Source: Eledone cirrhosa
Lineage: Eukaryota
Assembly (NCBI GenBank): GCA_964016885.1
Contig: OZ024743.1
Span: 192,200,001 to 192,264,000 of the forward strand
DNA: 64,000 nt
Reading direction: 5' to 3'
This document shows positions 8,430 to 21,500 of this stretch, in pieces. The translations under genes and the position numbers were made by a program. Position 1 is the first letter of the stretch. Every line of letters starts with the position of its first letter. The notes beneath the pieces are model-generated. The model ran no database searches. It was not told the origin of the DNA and saw nothing but the letters and a program-made list of their open reading frames with translations.

Positions 8430-10655
8430 TGTAAAGGTCCTGGTTCTTCGTGGCAGTTGTGGTCAAAGCTGGCCTATTTCAGGAAGTGGTCAGAGGAGAG
8501 GCTGTGTGTGGCACATGAAGAACAGAAGTAGTATGGGGTGAAACTATGGTGTGGTGGCAAGAGGGAGGAATGGGATGGCAGCTGTGATGGCAGTGTGTGT
8601 GTGTATTGGTAGTAAAGGCGTACAGTGTGAATGCGTTGGCAGTGTAGTATTGTTGGATGTGTTAGTATGATTATGAAATGCATGTATTTGTCTATGATTG
8701 TGTTGGCGTGTCCATGTATGTGTGTAGGTAGGTGTGTAGGTGGGTGTTGGGTGTAGTGCATGTGCGTTGATGTGAGAGTGGTCTGTTAGTATAATTAATT
8801 AGTTAATTAGTAACATTAGTAGGATTAAATGTGTATCATGGTCGTATTGATGTAAATAATTAATTAGTCGTGTTGATGTGTGTCTTTGTTCATACCTATG
8901 TGTGTTAGTTTGTCTAGATGTGCATATGAGTGGGTGTGTTAGTGAAGTAGTAGTGTACATGTGTTGGTGTGGGGATGTGAGTGTGGGTGATGGGAAAAGC
9001 AATAAACAGGGAGGTGGGGTGTTAAAGCAATTTCCATTCCAGGTCTGGAGAGAAAAAATAATCTGCTGCTCTCTATACAAGCATGAATCTGGTGGTTCAG
9101 AGCAAGCAATGAGACTGAAAACAGTGAAGTGGTAGGTGGAATATCCAGCGGAGTGGAAACGGCAGGCAACTGGAGACTGGTTGCTGAGCCGAATGATATG
9201 AAGATGCTCAGCGAACCTGTCCACTAGTCAAATACCAACCAGTTTTTTCAATGTAGACAGCCTTACATAGCATACAACAGAGCCCACTGATAAGACTGGA
9301 GGAGCTACAGCAGAAGGAGTCCCCGACTCAGAAATATTGGTTGTTGGGCCCACTGAAGGTGGTGTTGGTGAGCAAGAATCAGATCAGAGAAAAAAGTTTG
9401 AGGGAGGAAGGGAGCTGCAAATGAATAAATTTCGGAGGTTATGTGCATACTAGAAGGAGGGGAGGGGTGGGAGAAGAAAGATGGTGGAAGTGGATGGGTC
9501 CGACTGGAGGTAGTAGAAGAGCCGGAGGCTCATCCTCTGGAGGGGCAAAATGGAGAGGTGGTAGGTAAGGAGAAATGGGAGTTGGTTGGCGGAGGGGATG
9601 TGAGCATGGAGTGAGGGTGGTAATGTGGTTGTCTTCACTTGTGCAAGTGAGGGTGGCTTAGACCAGGGAGAGGACATAACCTCACCGAGGGAACAGTCTG
9701 GCCATGTAATGGGCCTGAACCTCAAAGCCATGGGTTCAACTGCATAGGTGATGGAGGCAGAGGAACAGAGTAAAATTAACTTTGTTTATACATATTCGCT
9801 GTTTTATACATTTTCGGTGATAACTGTTATGCAACAGCTATGACCTCATCAGACATCTAGAAAATCAGAAAAACATAATGATGAAATAACGTTTCAACTG
9901 CATAGGTGATGGAGGCAGAGGAACAGAGAGTAGATGAAGTGTTTGGTATGAGTGGGATGGGATGGAATGGTGTGTAATTGAGGTAGGAGTGGGGGGTTGA
10001 TGGGTTTGAAGAAGGTGAAGGTGATGATAGGGGTCAGAGGGGATGAAGATGTCCAGGAAGTGGATGGAGATGGAAGTGGTGAAGTCTAGGGTGGGGTGGA
10101 AGAAGAGAGGAAAGAGAGAAAGGAGTCAAGCTGTTATTGGATGAATGAAGTGGTGCTGATACAGTCGTTGATATAACAGCCATATAGTTCAGGAATGAGG
10201 CCAGTGTATTGGGCAAAGATTTGAGCCACAATATAACCAACGAATAGGCTAGACTAGTTGGGGCCCATTCTTGTGCCCATGGCCACCCTGGTTACCTGTT
10301 AGTAGAACTCTACCTGAGAAGGAAATGCAGTTGAAGGTGAGGACCAGCTCAGCAAGGCAGATAAGGGGAGAGGTTGAGGATTGAGGGGCGGGGTGAAGGT
10401 TGAGAAAGTGGTGAATGGCATGTAGGCCTTTGGCATGGGGGATGACTGTCAAGAGTGAAAAAGAAGGCGGTGGGCCAGATGGAAAGATAAATGAGTCAAA
10501 GGGGCAGAGGGCGGGGTTGGTGTCAGATATGTGGGAGGGGGGGTGGCTACTTGGGCTTGCAAAGATTGAGTCGAAATAGGCAAGGATGAATTCGGTGGGG
10601 GCAATTGCAAGCAGAGACGATTTGGAGGGGGGGAGCAGATAGTGGAGGTGTGTGA
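8360..10655 (-). mobile_element. Decayed Penelope-like retroelement (RT plus GIY-YIG endonuclease)
   Basis: Frameshifted RT (SDTNPAL..F..FIFP, TVIPHAKGLHAIHHFL, LICLAELVLTFN, remnant of GVAMGTKMGPSY) and GIY-YIG C-terminus (RFAEHL..IR...PVA..F, REQQIIFSLQT). Confidence 0.8.
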
Positions 10656-11370
10656 CATCAAGTGAGCATAATATACACACATATAAACATATGTAAATAC
10701 AAGAATAGAAGCAGGCATATTTCAGGTCAAATGTATTTGTACAGACACAGATGGACACAGATGCATAAATATATAAGTAAATAAATATATGTGTACCCAT
10801 ATAAACACATATATACATATACTCAATGTTATGATCACGTATGAATACACACATATGTAAATACAGATGCATATATTCTGTAAAAATACACACACAAGTA
10901 AACCCAGAACTAGACACATACACATACATAAACAGATATACAGAAAGAAGCATATAGATATATATTCTATACCAGGTTCTGTGTGTTCTTCACTCATACA
11001 AATAAATATGTATACACACACACACACACACACTTACATCAATATATGATCTATTGACACTTAGTTATTTCAGTTGTTTGACCACTCTGTATCTGTTAAC
11101 AGTAATCTTATTTGCTAGAATTTATTCAGTACCAAAATTGCTTATCTGTAATCCTATTGGCTACAACTTATTCTATACTAAATTTGTGCTGAAGCATTAA
11201 CTGACCAATTGCGTTATTTCTTTACAAACATTTCTCTTGAGTCACTTTTTTCTAAATAAATAGGCGTGATTTTCACAGATTCATTGCAAAATAGCTCCTG
11301 CTACACAAATCCTAAACCCTCTTTGAGACCTGCATCTCCAAACAGAAAAAGAAAATTCAGCTCTTACCTT

Positions 11371-12120
11371 ATGAGATCTTTGTCTTACACCTGTACATCT
11401 TATAAGATCTGTCTTACATTGCTACATCTTAGCATCACCTTTTAAGATCTGTCTTACATTGCTACATCTTAGCATCACCATATCATATAAGATCTCTTAC
11501 ATTGCTACATCTTAGCATCACCGTATATAAGATCTGTCTTACATTGCTACATCTTAGCATCACCATATAAGATCTGTCTTACATTGCTACATCTTAGCAT
11601 CACCTCATAGGATCTGTCTTACATTGCTACATCATAGCATCACCATATAAGATCTGTCTTACATTGCTACATCTTAGCATCACCTTATAAGATCTGTCTT
11701 ACATTGCTACATCTTAGCATCACCTTATAAGATCTGTCTTACATTGTTACATCATAGCATCACCATATAAGATCTGTCTTACATTGTTACATCATAGCAT
11801 CACCATATAAGATCTGTCTTACATTGCTACATCTTAGCTTCATCTTATAAGATCTGTCTTACATTGCTACATCTTAGCTTCATCTTATAAGATCTGTCTT
11901 ACATTGCTACATCTTTACATCACCTTATAAGATCTGTCTTACACTGCTACATCATAGCATCACCTCATAGGATCTGTCTTACATTGTTACATCTTAGCTT
12001 CATCTTATAAGATCTGTCTTACATTGCTACATCTTTACATCACCTTATAAGATCTGTCTTACATTGCTACATCTTAGCTTCACCTTATAAAATCATTGTC
12101 TTACACTGCTACATCTTAGC
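11371..12120. repeat. 40-bp minisatellite, about 18 copies (ataagatctgtcttacattgctacatcttagcatcacctt)
   Basis: Regular 40-bp period with point variants and no unique spacers. Confidence 0.95.
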
Positions 12121-13194
12121 AGATTCAAGAGATGACTACAACCATCTATTTGGTATATCTCAAATATCACATCTTCATGCACTTTCTCTAATAGCATACA
12201 AACAATTCTCTATATTCTTCTGTGTAACACACAGTTTGTTTTTTTATTATGACCAACATTATGTTGTTGTTGTTTTTTTTCACTGCTCAACAGACACTAC
12301 AAATTATTTTTCTGTCTTATTTAATGTATGAACAATTTTTTATGTGTCAAGTAACATATCTATTCTTCTTGTCAAAACATCAAACATTGAACTATTTTTT
12401 TTTTTACTGTTGAAAATTTGAACAATGGACTATTCCTATGACTATAGAATATTGGGCAATTTCTTTTCTCCACACTTCAACATTGAGAAAACGTGTATTA
12501 AATTTTTCATTGCTATCTTCTGTATTCAAGTTAAATGTTCTGCTTGTTTTGATGCCAACTTTGCTGCTGTATATTTATAGTGTCTCTTCTCTAATACCTA
12601 TTGTGGTCCCATTGACTTATTAGCATAATTAATCTTTATTCATTTTACAATGAAAATTCATATCTTCTTTCTTCCTTATCTTCATATATTGAAATATCAC
12701 TCAATTCCATTTATGGTCTTTCATTTTTATTAGGTTAGGTTGAATAACATCTAAAAGCAACTCTCTATAACTCATAAATGACTACTTAGCTCTTTGCTTG
12801 ACTGCCTAACAGTTCAATGTACTGTGCAAAGAACCAAGATAAATCTTTCTAAATGGTCAGATAACCTGCGAGAAATAGCAGCCAAATCTCCCTCATATCA
12901 CACCACACCATATTAAAAACCAAGTGTCTGAATACAAAATGATAAATTGCACAATATAGTCCCTTAAATGCAGAAGAAAGTATAGTCACAACTGGAATAC
13001 TTTTGATCATAGAGCAGCTCAATCAAGGCTGATCTGAGGGTTATACAACAATAGGTACTGCAACTAAAATAAACATGATACATTTGCTATGCAAACATTT
13101 TCAGCACTGCATATATGTAGAAATCTCTAGGCCTGTGCAAGCATTTAGAATAGTAAGCTCTATAAGATCCAGGCCTACTATTCAATTTTCATGA

Positions 13195-13530
13195 TCATCA
13201 TCTTTTTTATATCTGCTTTTCCATGCTTGCATGGGTTGGACATATCATTTCTAGCACAGCTTCCTGCCATTGATTGCTTTCCTTTGTTATTTGCACTGTG
13301 AGCCTCAGCAATTTTAGATCAGCTCTCACCAGCTTTGCCCAGGTCTTCCTTGGTTTTCTGCTACTGTCACTACCTTCCACTAGGATTTCCTGGCACTTCT
13401 TTACCAAATGATCATCATATGCATCACATGTCCATACCAGCAGTCTTTTCTCTTGCACACTACTAATTCCTCTTATTCAGTGATTTTTCTCTCAGCTCCT
13501 CCATGCTTTGTTGTTCATGCACATTAACAT
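13195..13530 (-). mobile_element. Degenerate RTE 3' fragment
   Basis: QEKRL..W..H, RKPRKTWAKLVRADL, acccatgcaagcatggaaaa tail and (GAT)n. Confidence 0.7.
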
Positions 13531-15585
13531 TTTACCTTATTCCTCATACCTATAGTCAATAGTCTAAAGAAGAGTGGACTCTACCAGATAGAATAACCAT
13601 TAACACCCTACATGAGGTTAAACTCTTTTCATCTTTGAGCCAACAACACAACTATTGGTTAAGTGATATTTTCATTATAATACACCTGTAGCATAGAAAA
13701 AAAATGAACTAAAAGAAAAGTTAAAAGAATATAAAGTGAACCTAAGTGCTTTTATAAAAGAAGATTCAGGAGTGACAAAGATATTACTGGATATATCTCT
13801 TGCCCAACTATTTTAACATATAACTGAACTTCTTAGATTATTAAAGCTATACAAATGTATTTCGTAGTATACTAAATACGACTTTTTGCAATATAAAAGA
13901 TAGAGGCTGGCATTTTCTTTACTGCTATCTAAAGAATACATTTTGGTACAAATCATCTTAATTATCTTTTGGAAATATTTTCAATGCATAAAAGAGTTAA
14001 GTAATTTTTACACAATGTTTTATTTGTGTATTTATTTATTTTATTTTTTAAGCTAACTTATGGTATGGAAAAAGTATTATATTAAAGGCCAAGTTAAGTT
14101 GGCGGTCTGGAAAATTCTAAATATTGCTAGTATTGATTTTGAAACACAACAACCTGTATTCAGAAACTAACAGTGCACAAGTTTGTATGTGTACTTAGAA
14201 TGCTTCACAGCACTTTCTAAATTTCCATCAATAAAGATATACAAACAATGATTTGCACTTGGATTCTTACAAGAACCCCCATTTCACTGCATTTCTGCTG
14301 AATTATTAAAACTAAATTCATTGTTTGCAATAGCATGCATAGAGAAATTGCAAATCTAATGTAATTTTCTTTCTTAAGAAATATCAAGTAGTTTTCTCTC
14401 CAGTATGATTATGAAAGCTTAAGAAAGAAGAATTGGTAAGAACTGATTAAAGCAAAACTTAAACTTCTACTTCCCCATGAGCTCGAAGAAAGGAAAGGCC
14501 AGCTGGGATTTGCCAAGAGGTGAAATGAATTGTAATTGGAACTTCATAGATTGAAGAACCAGTTTTTGAAATAATAAAGAAGATTTCAACAAAGTTTCAC
14601 TGGTGATCTAGTTGCAAATGAAATGAGTTTGAAATGGCACAAACTGAGAGGTTAACAAGAAGTTCTAAATTTACATAAATAATATCTGAAGAAAATTTCA
14701 AGCCATTGACGAACAACAATGTAGGCTGAGGCAGCAATGTTTTCATAAGAAAATCAATGTCTGACAAACTGTTCTGAACAATCAGAATGTAGATATAAAA
14801 CTTCTTATGTCTTTGCAAGAAACATTTCATAAAAGTACTAACAGACAACATAAATACACCCTCTAGCTCAGCATATTTAATAATTACACAGCAACACAGG
14901 CCCAGATGTCTTGGTTCAAGTCATTGTTTCGTTATTCTATAGTTTTATTTCTTTTTGTGTTGTTATGTTACAAGCAGAAATACAGTAAAGCAACAAAGAT
15001 AGAAAAGAACCCTCTTTACAATTATTTTGACAGCAGAGCCCATGGTGTGAAGACAGATGCCAAAATGTGTTGTCAAAAGATGTTGGTTTGGAAATTTGTT
15101 GTTTTCAGTTCTAAAAACTTGGAATAATGCTTATGTTAGGGACTGTTTAATTTGTACTGAAGCGAAGAATGTCTGTGTTTATTCTATGTAAATTTACCAA
15201 GTGCAAGACATAAATTTGTTTATAGTCCGACAATGAACACAAACAGAATATGTGATCATGTCATAAACAGACCTATTTTGATTTGACATAATGGTGGACA
15301 TTAAGTGTGGTGAATAAACATAAAAAGATATTATATTTTCCAAAGATCGATCTGATATATATATATAACTTTGTAATTGTCTATAACTTTGTGTGTGCAT
15401 GTGTGTGTGACTATACTATGATGAAAAATGGAAATGAGAAACTCATAATATACATCATATAGTATTATATATATAATGCATATATATATACATATATACA
15501 TATCATCATCATCATCATCATCGTCATCATCATTTAACTTCATTTATGGCAGAGCAGATTGTGTGTGTGTGTGTGAAGGTGCGCA

Positions 15586-15622
<37 letters not shown>

Positions 15623-15654
15623 AAGCGCGCACACATGTGAGTGTGTATATTATT

Positions 15655-16260
15655 ATCATCATCATCACCATCATCATAATCACCATTTAACATCCATTTT
15701 CCATGCTAGCATGGGTTTGACGAGTTGTCCCATTGTGAAGCAGGTCAGATCAGGTGATAGTATCTTGCTTATACAGAACTGCTTCTGGTTTATTTTCTAC
15801 GGCTGGATGCCCTTCCTAATGCCAACCACATTTACACATTTACAGTGTGTTGGGTGGTTTTTATTGTGGCAGCAAAATAACTAACTGACAAGTTGGACTG
15901 GCTACTTTTTCACGTCACCAGCACAACCACTATACAGGGTGGATCAGTTGCTTTTTGTTGTATCACCGATACAACTACTTTACAGAATGGATTGGGTGTG
16001 TATTTGTCCTGACACCAACATGAACACTTTACAGGGTGGACTGGGTGCTTTTTGTCATGTTACCAACATGACAACCATACAGCGTGGACTGGGTGCTTAT
16101 TTGTCATGTCACCAGTATGACCACATTACTGAGTGAACTGGGTGATCATTGTTATGTCACCAGCACAAGCACATTACATAGTGGACTAGGGACTTTTATT
16201 ATGTCACCACCATGACCACCTTACAGGGTGGTCTAAAAGCTTTTAGCCATTTCAGCAGTA
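15655..16260 (-). mobile_element. RTE-tail-derived non-autonomous element with a tandem ~46-bp subrepeat
   Basis: (CAT)n, ccatgctagcatgggt, ggatgcccttcctaa, then repeated ttacag..tggactgggtgctttt..catgtcaccagcac units; a similar element lies on + at ~46510-46955. Confidence 0.65.
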
Positions 16261-16659
16261 TTGTGGGAGTGTGTCCAGCTTTCTATGCTTGTATGCATGG
16301 GTTGGACAAGACAGGTGTATCTGATATGGAAGGTGGGGTATTAGGAGACAGTGTGGTGTGTGTATGTAAGATGGTGATTAGAGGGCTAGATCTGAGGTGG
16401 AGTACTTAGCTGCTGAAAGGTGGAATATATATTTAGGTGCAGGCATTAGTGTGTGGATAACAATCTACACAGCTACCTTGTTCTGGGTTCAGGGTCTCTG
16501 CATGGCACCTTGGACAAGTTCCTTCTACTATAGCCTTGGGTTGACCAATACTGCGTGAGTGAAATTTGGTAAATGGAAACCGTATAATCTGTGTGTACAT
16601 ATATATATATATATATACATATATATATGTCGCTGTAGCAGTGCTCCAGAGAGGAGAGT

Positions 16660-17540
16660 GACTTGGTGGTGGAACCGTAAAGTAGATGAGACAATTAAGG
16701 CCAAAAGACAAGTATGGAAAAAATAGAAGAAATGGGGGAAGCAGAGTACCCTACCTGGAAGTCAGGAGGGTAGCTAGGTGACAAGTATACTTTGCAAAGA
16801 AGGAAACAGAAGATTAAAAATTTATTTTGCAACGTGAAGACCCGAGGGATGAGGTGTTCAGGATTGCAAGGTAGTGTAACAGGGGAAATGGTTTTGTTGT
16901 TGGAGAGAAGTGTGTCCAAGATGATAATGGTGCACTTGCCCTCACAGACACTGAAAAGAAGATAGCATGGAAGAGTCATTATGAAAGATTATTGGCTGAG
17001 GGGAATGCATGGGAGCAAGATGGTCTACCCCAAGAAGACTCAACAGAGGTCAGCAGCAACATAGTAAATAAGGCAATTAAGGATATGTTAGTGGGGAAAG
17101 CAGCTGGGCCATCTGGGATAGTCACTGAGATGTTGGAAGCATCTGGAATGGTGGATCACACCTTAACCACTCATATTGTAAACCAAGTAATACTAAATGG
17201 TGTCATAATGAATGATTGGCATAGCAGAATCATTGTCAACTTCTACAAGAAGATACACTAGATAGAGAAAACTAAAGGCATCAAGTTGATGGACCAGGTT
17301 ATGAAGGTAACAGAAAGAACTATAGCACAGCTGATTAGGGACCAGGTTAACCTGGATGAGATGCAGTTCAGATTTGTGCCAGGTAAAAGTACTACTGATG
17401 CCCTCTTCCGTGTGAACTAACTACAGGAGAAGTTCTTAGCTAAAAGTAAGCTCATCTATTTGGTATTTGTTGATCTGGAGAAAGCTTTTGACAGAGTCCG
17501 TATTCCCATTATCGGGTGGGCTCTCAGAAAACTAGGAGTC
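16660..17540 (+). mobile_element. Degenerate RTE internal fragment
   Basis: TWWWN, KAIKDM..GKAAGPSGIV.EML, DEMQF, DLEKAFDRV, WALRKLGV, with stops. Confidence 0.8.
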
Positions 17541-18665
17541 TTTCAATTTATATTGCTTATACTACATACAACAGGTATGAGTATCACTAAACTACAGATA
17601 GATTTCTTTACCTTCTCTATTCTATAACAAACATTACATGAATTTTATAACTGAACCACTATTTAGTATTCTATAATACAGACAACAATTATACACCTTA
17701 CATTATAAAAGATGCACACAGTCTCCCACTGGTATTCAATATAACAGGATGAATAACAGCAAACAACTAAATTTCCTCTTAAGCAAAATATAATTTACAG
17801 CTATCATTGCAAATTGAGCAAACGTTTGTCTATTTAACAACTCAATATTTACTAAACTTTCAGTGGCAAGAAAATAGTTCTGAATCAACAACACTACTAC
17901 TGAAAATACTATTAATATATCAAACTACAATAAAAGAAATACACATGTGAATGGGTATCATTATCATCATATAACATCCAATTTTCACCCTTCATGGGTG
18001 TACGTGTGTGTGTGTGTGTGTGTTTATATCGTCATCATTGTCATATAACATCCAATTTCCACGCTTGCATGGCTGTGTGTGTGTGTATCATCATCATCAT
18101 TTTCGTCATTGTTCTTATTGTGCAAGTGAGTTTAGAAGTTTCTTTGAGTATGAAAATAAAGTATGTGTTAAATATGGCTTGATCTATGAGAGCACATCTT
18201 ACAGAGAGTGTATCAAGAATCAGTGTATTAGTCAAGTACAGTGAAGAAACTAGAATGTGCTAAACATTTCAGCATTGGTGTGGGAAGAAATACAAATGTC
18301 AAGAGAATTTGTGTGTATTAAAGTCACTGAAGATGATGGCTAAAGAAAGAGATGAGTTGAGACAGATGGTCTCAATGCAGGGTGAGAGACAATTGAATTG
18401 CAAATGGTTGAAGAAAATGTGATTAACTAAGTGAGTAACTAAAATATGATCTACATAGTCTAATGTATTCAACATTTCAACAGCTAACAAAGAAGGGACT
18501 GCTGCTTTCTTTGTCTTCATTTCCTTCCAGTCACACCAAACACATTTATGTTAATCTCAACAGCTGGTCGCTCTGTTGATTTCATTTGGAGTATTCTTTC
18601 AATATCCCACTTATATTTTCTATTCAACAACCACACATAGTACAACTGTCATGTCTCTTTCTTTT

Positions 18666-19500
18666 CATTATTACTGGAGACAGAGCATAGTGGATTGGCA
18701 GTATCAGGAGAGCATCAAACACAATGCTTCAAATCCCATCGACGTTAGCTTTGCCTTTCATCCTTCCGGGGGTCGATAAAATATAGTACCAGTAATGTAC
18801 TGGGGCCGATTTAATTGACTTCCCCACCCAAAAAGGAAATTGCTGGCCTTGTGCCTAAAGTAGAAACAATTATTACTGGAGACAGAGGGTAGTGGATTGG
18901 CAGAATCAGTAGAGCATCAGGCAACATGATTTACAGCATATAGCTACAGCCCTTTATGTTTTGAGTTCAAATCCCACTGAGGTTAACTTTGCCTTTCATC
19001 TTTACAGGGTCAATAAGATAAAACACCAGTAATGCACTGGGGTTGATTTAATTGACTTCCCCCTGACCCAAATTTGTTGACCATGTGCTTAAATCAGAAA
19101 CCATCATTAATGAAGACAGAGGGTGATGGATTGGCAGTAATGATAGAGTGTCGGACAACATGCTTTGCAGCATATAGGTACAGCTCTTTATGTTCTGAGT
19201 TCAAATCCTACCAAGGTTAGTTTTGCCTTTCATCCTTAGAGGGTCAATAAAATATAGTAGCAGTTACACACTTGGGTCAATTCAATCGAATTTCCCCTCC
19301 CCCAAAATTGTTGGTCTTGTACCTAAATCAGAAACCATTATTACTGGAGACAGAGCGTGGTGGATTGGCAGAATTGGTAGAGCATCAGACAAAATATTCT
19401 GAGTTCAAATCCCACAGAGATCAACTTTGCTTTCGTCTTTCTGGGGTCAATAAATTAAGGTACAAGTCAAGTACTGTGGTTAATCTAATTGATGATTTTC
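18666..19500 (+). mobile_element. Head-to-tail array of four tRNA-derived SINE copies
   Basis: Each copy has an A-box (tggcagtatc), B-box (gagttcaaatcc) and gcctttcatcctt..gggtcgataaaat core; the junction ttactggagacagag is repeated. Confidence 0.85.
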
Positions 19501-20487
19501 ACCAACTTCAAATTCTACATAAATAAGGTGCTAAAACATCTGGAGTGATTACTTTACAATGAAACAGTTTTTTTCTGCATTTACTACATTGTTATGAGTG
19601 TTATTTATGCATTCCCTTGAGAACATTCCCAACAAATTTTTATGATTTGAACTTTTTAATGTACAAATATTCCCTTCACATACATGCATACATGCATGAA
19701 CACACCTCAAATGTTTTCCTGTGACTTAATTATACATTTTCTTTCAATCTTACTTCTGTCTTATACTTTATTGCTCTCACTCTCCATTCTGCTTTTCCTC
19801 TCTCTTGCTTGCTGTCTTTCACTCCCCTTTCTACTTTGGATCCATATACAATGTTCTCTTAATTGATCTCTTTCTTTCAACTATTCCCTATTCATTATGT
19901 CCCCTTGCGCATAGTTTTGATCTCTCCCTTGCGTTTTTAATGATCTCCATTAAGAAAATTTTTTTAATGATGTCTTAAACTCAAAATATATCTCTATGGA
20001 GTAAAAAGGTAGTTGAATAACATTTCAAACTGCAGTGATTTTCAAGTAATAATCTGGTTGATTTAAAAACTTTTAACGAGCTTACATGGTTTTAAAGAAA
20101 TAGAACTGAGTGTACTAATGAACATATTTTTTCAGAGTTGAATATTGAATCTTTTGGTTAACTGAGTGAGGGGACACACTGGGGTGAGATGTGTGTAATT
20201 GTAAAAATCTACCTAAAGCTTTAATACTTGTATGATGTTAAATTGTTTCCAAGGTTTTTAAGGCAAGTATTTCACTCAATGTGTATATTAAATAAAAATG
20301 TGCTATATTCAAAAGACAGCACTATTGTTGTCTGCTAAAAAAAAAAAGAGAAGCAAAATACTTCCCAGAATTTGAGTCGTTGGAAGTAAACAAGAATTTG
20401 AGAAACTTGTTGAAACTTTATAAAACAGATGAAATGGTAAAAAATTATTATGTAATAGAGTTGTGATACAAAAACTATACTCTAAAC

Positions 20488-20655
20488 CAGAGTTTCCCAA
20501 ACTTTTTCAAACGCGGAACCCTTTTTGGTTCAGAAACTTTTGAGGGAACCTCAAAGTCTAATACTGTTATATGATCGTATTATAAATATATCCCTCTACC
20601 ATTTTTGCACGGAACCCCAGACACTTGTTTGCGGAACCCACTTTGACAACCGCTG
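20488..20655. mobile_element. hAT (Charlie-like) MITE
   Basis: Imperfect TIRs CAGAGTTTCCCAAACT and ACTTTGACAACCGCTG; exact 8-bp TSD CTCTAAAC at 20480-20487 and 20656-20663. Confidence 0.85.
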
Positions 20656-21119
20656 CTCTAAACAACACTTAAAACATTTTAAATATCAAAATATTAAAAC
20701 TTCATAAATATATTCTCCACTCAGGAGAAATTCAAAACTAGCAAAACCATCTAAACATAATGTATTGATTAGCTGTCTCAGCTTATACACAGGGTTTAGA
20801 TTTTTGCCCATTTATCAGAAATAAAACAGGGAGCCGGCTTATATTTGAGTATATATGGTAAGTTTCTCTCCAGAATAACATGGCGTTAAGATCTGCATCA
20901 TCATCTAAGTAATAAATATCTCAGGAATGAACAATAACAAACAAACCAAAATACAAGGTAACACTCCTGCAACAGGAAATAAATTACCCTGCACTCCTGT
21001 CTGTGTTGTTTTTTCTATGTATCTAGTGGAGATAGTATATAGTAATACATTCATAATGATATATTACAATGATATATTACTAGCTCTCGATTACACTGGA
21101 TTAAACTTACATCCATAAG

Positions 21120-21500
21120 ATGGTGGATTGGCAGAGTTGTTAGATCATTGGACAATGCTTAGCAGTATGTGTTCTGGCTCTAAGCTCTGAGTTCAAATCC
21201 TATCGAAATTTGGCTTTCAAATCCCATCCAACTTTGCCTTTCATCTTTCTGGCGTCAATAAATAAAGTACCAGTAAAATACTGGGGTCAATTTAATCCAC
21301 TGTCTCCTTCCAACAAGTTACTGGCCTTGTGCCTAAATTAAAAATTATGACAGAATTATTAGAGCATCAAACAAAATACTTTGCAGCATTAAGTAACAAT
21401 ATTTTATGTTCTGGGTTCAAATCCTACTGAGGTTAACTTTGCCTTCCATCCTTCTTAGGTCAATAAAATAAAGTACCAATCACACACTGGGTTCAGTGCA
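21120..21500 (+). mobile_element. Two tandem tRNA-derived SINE copies
   Basis: ggtggattggcag head, gagttcaaatcc B-box and conserved core, twice. Confidence 0.75.

Noticed and set aside
11371-12120. CRISPR-like array
   Set aside because: Units are contiguous with no unique spacers, there are no cas genes, and the context is eukaryotic.
14560-15130. Possible exon or decayed coding sequence
   Set aside because: Stops in the frames examined, no IFT122 similarity and no identifiable motif.
20790-20860. pogo/Tigger-like terminal repeat (ggcttatatttgagtatatatggta)
   Set aside because: Partner end not found; insufficient to define an element.
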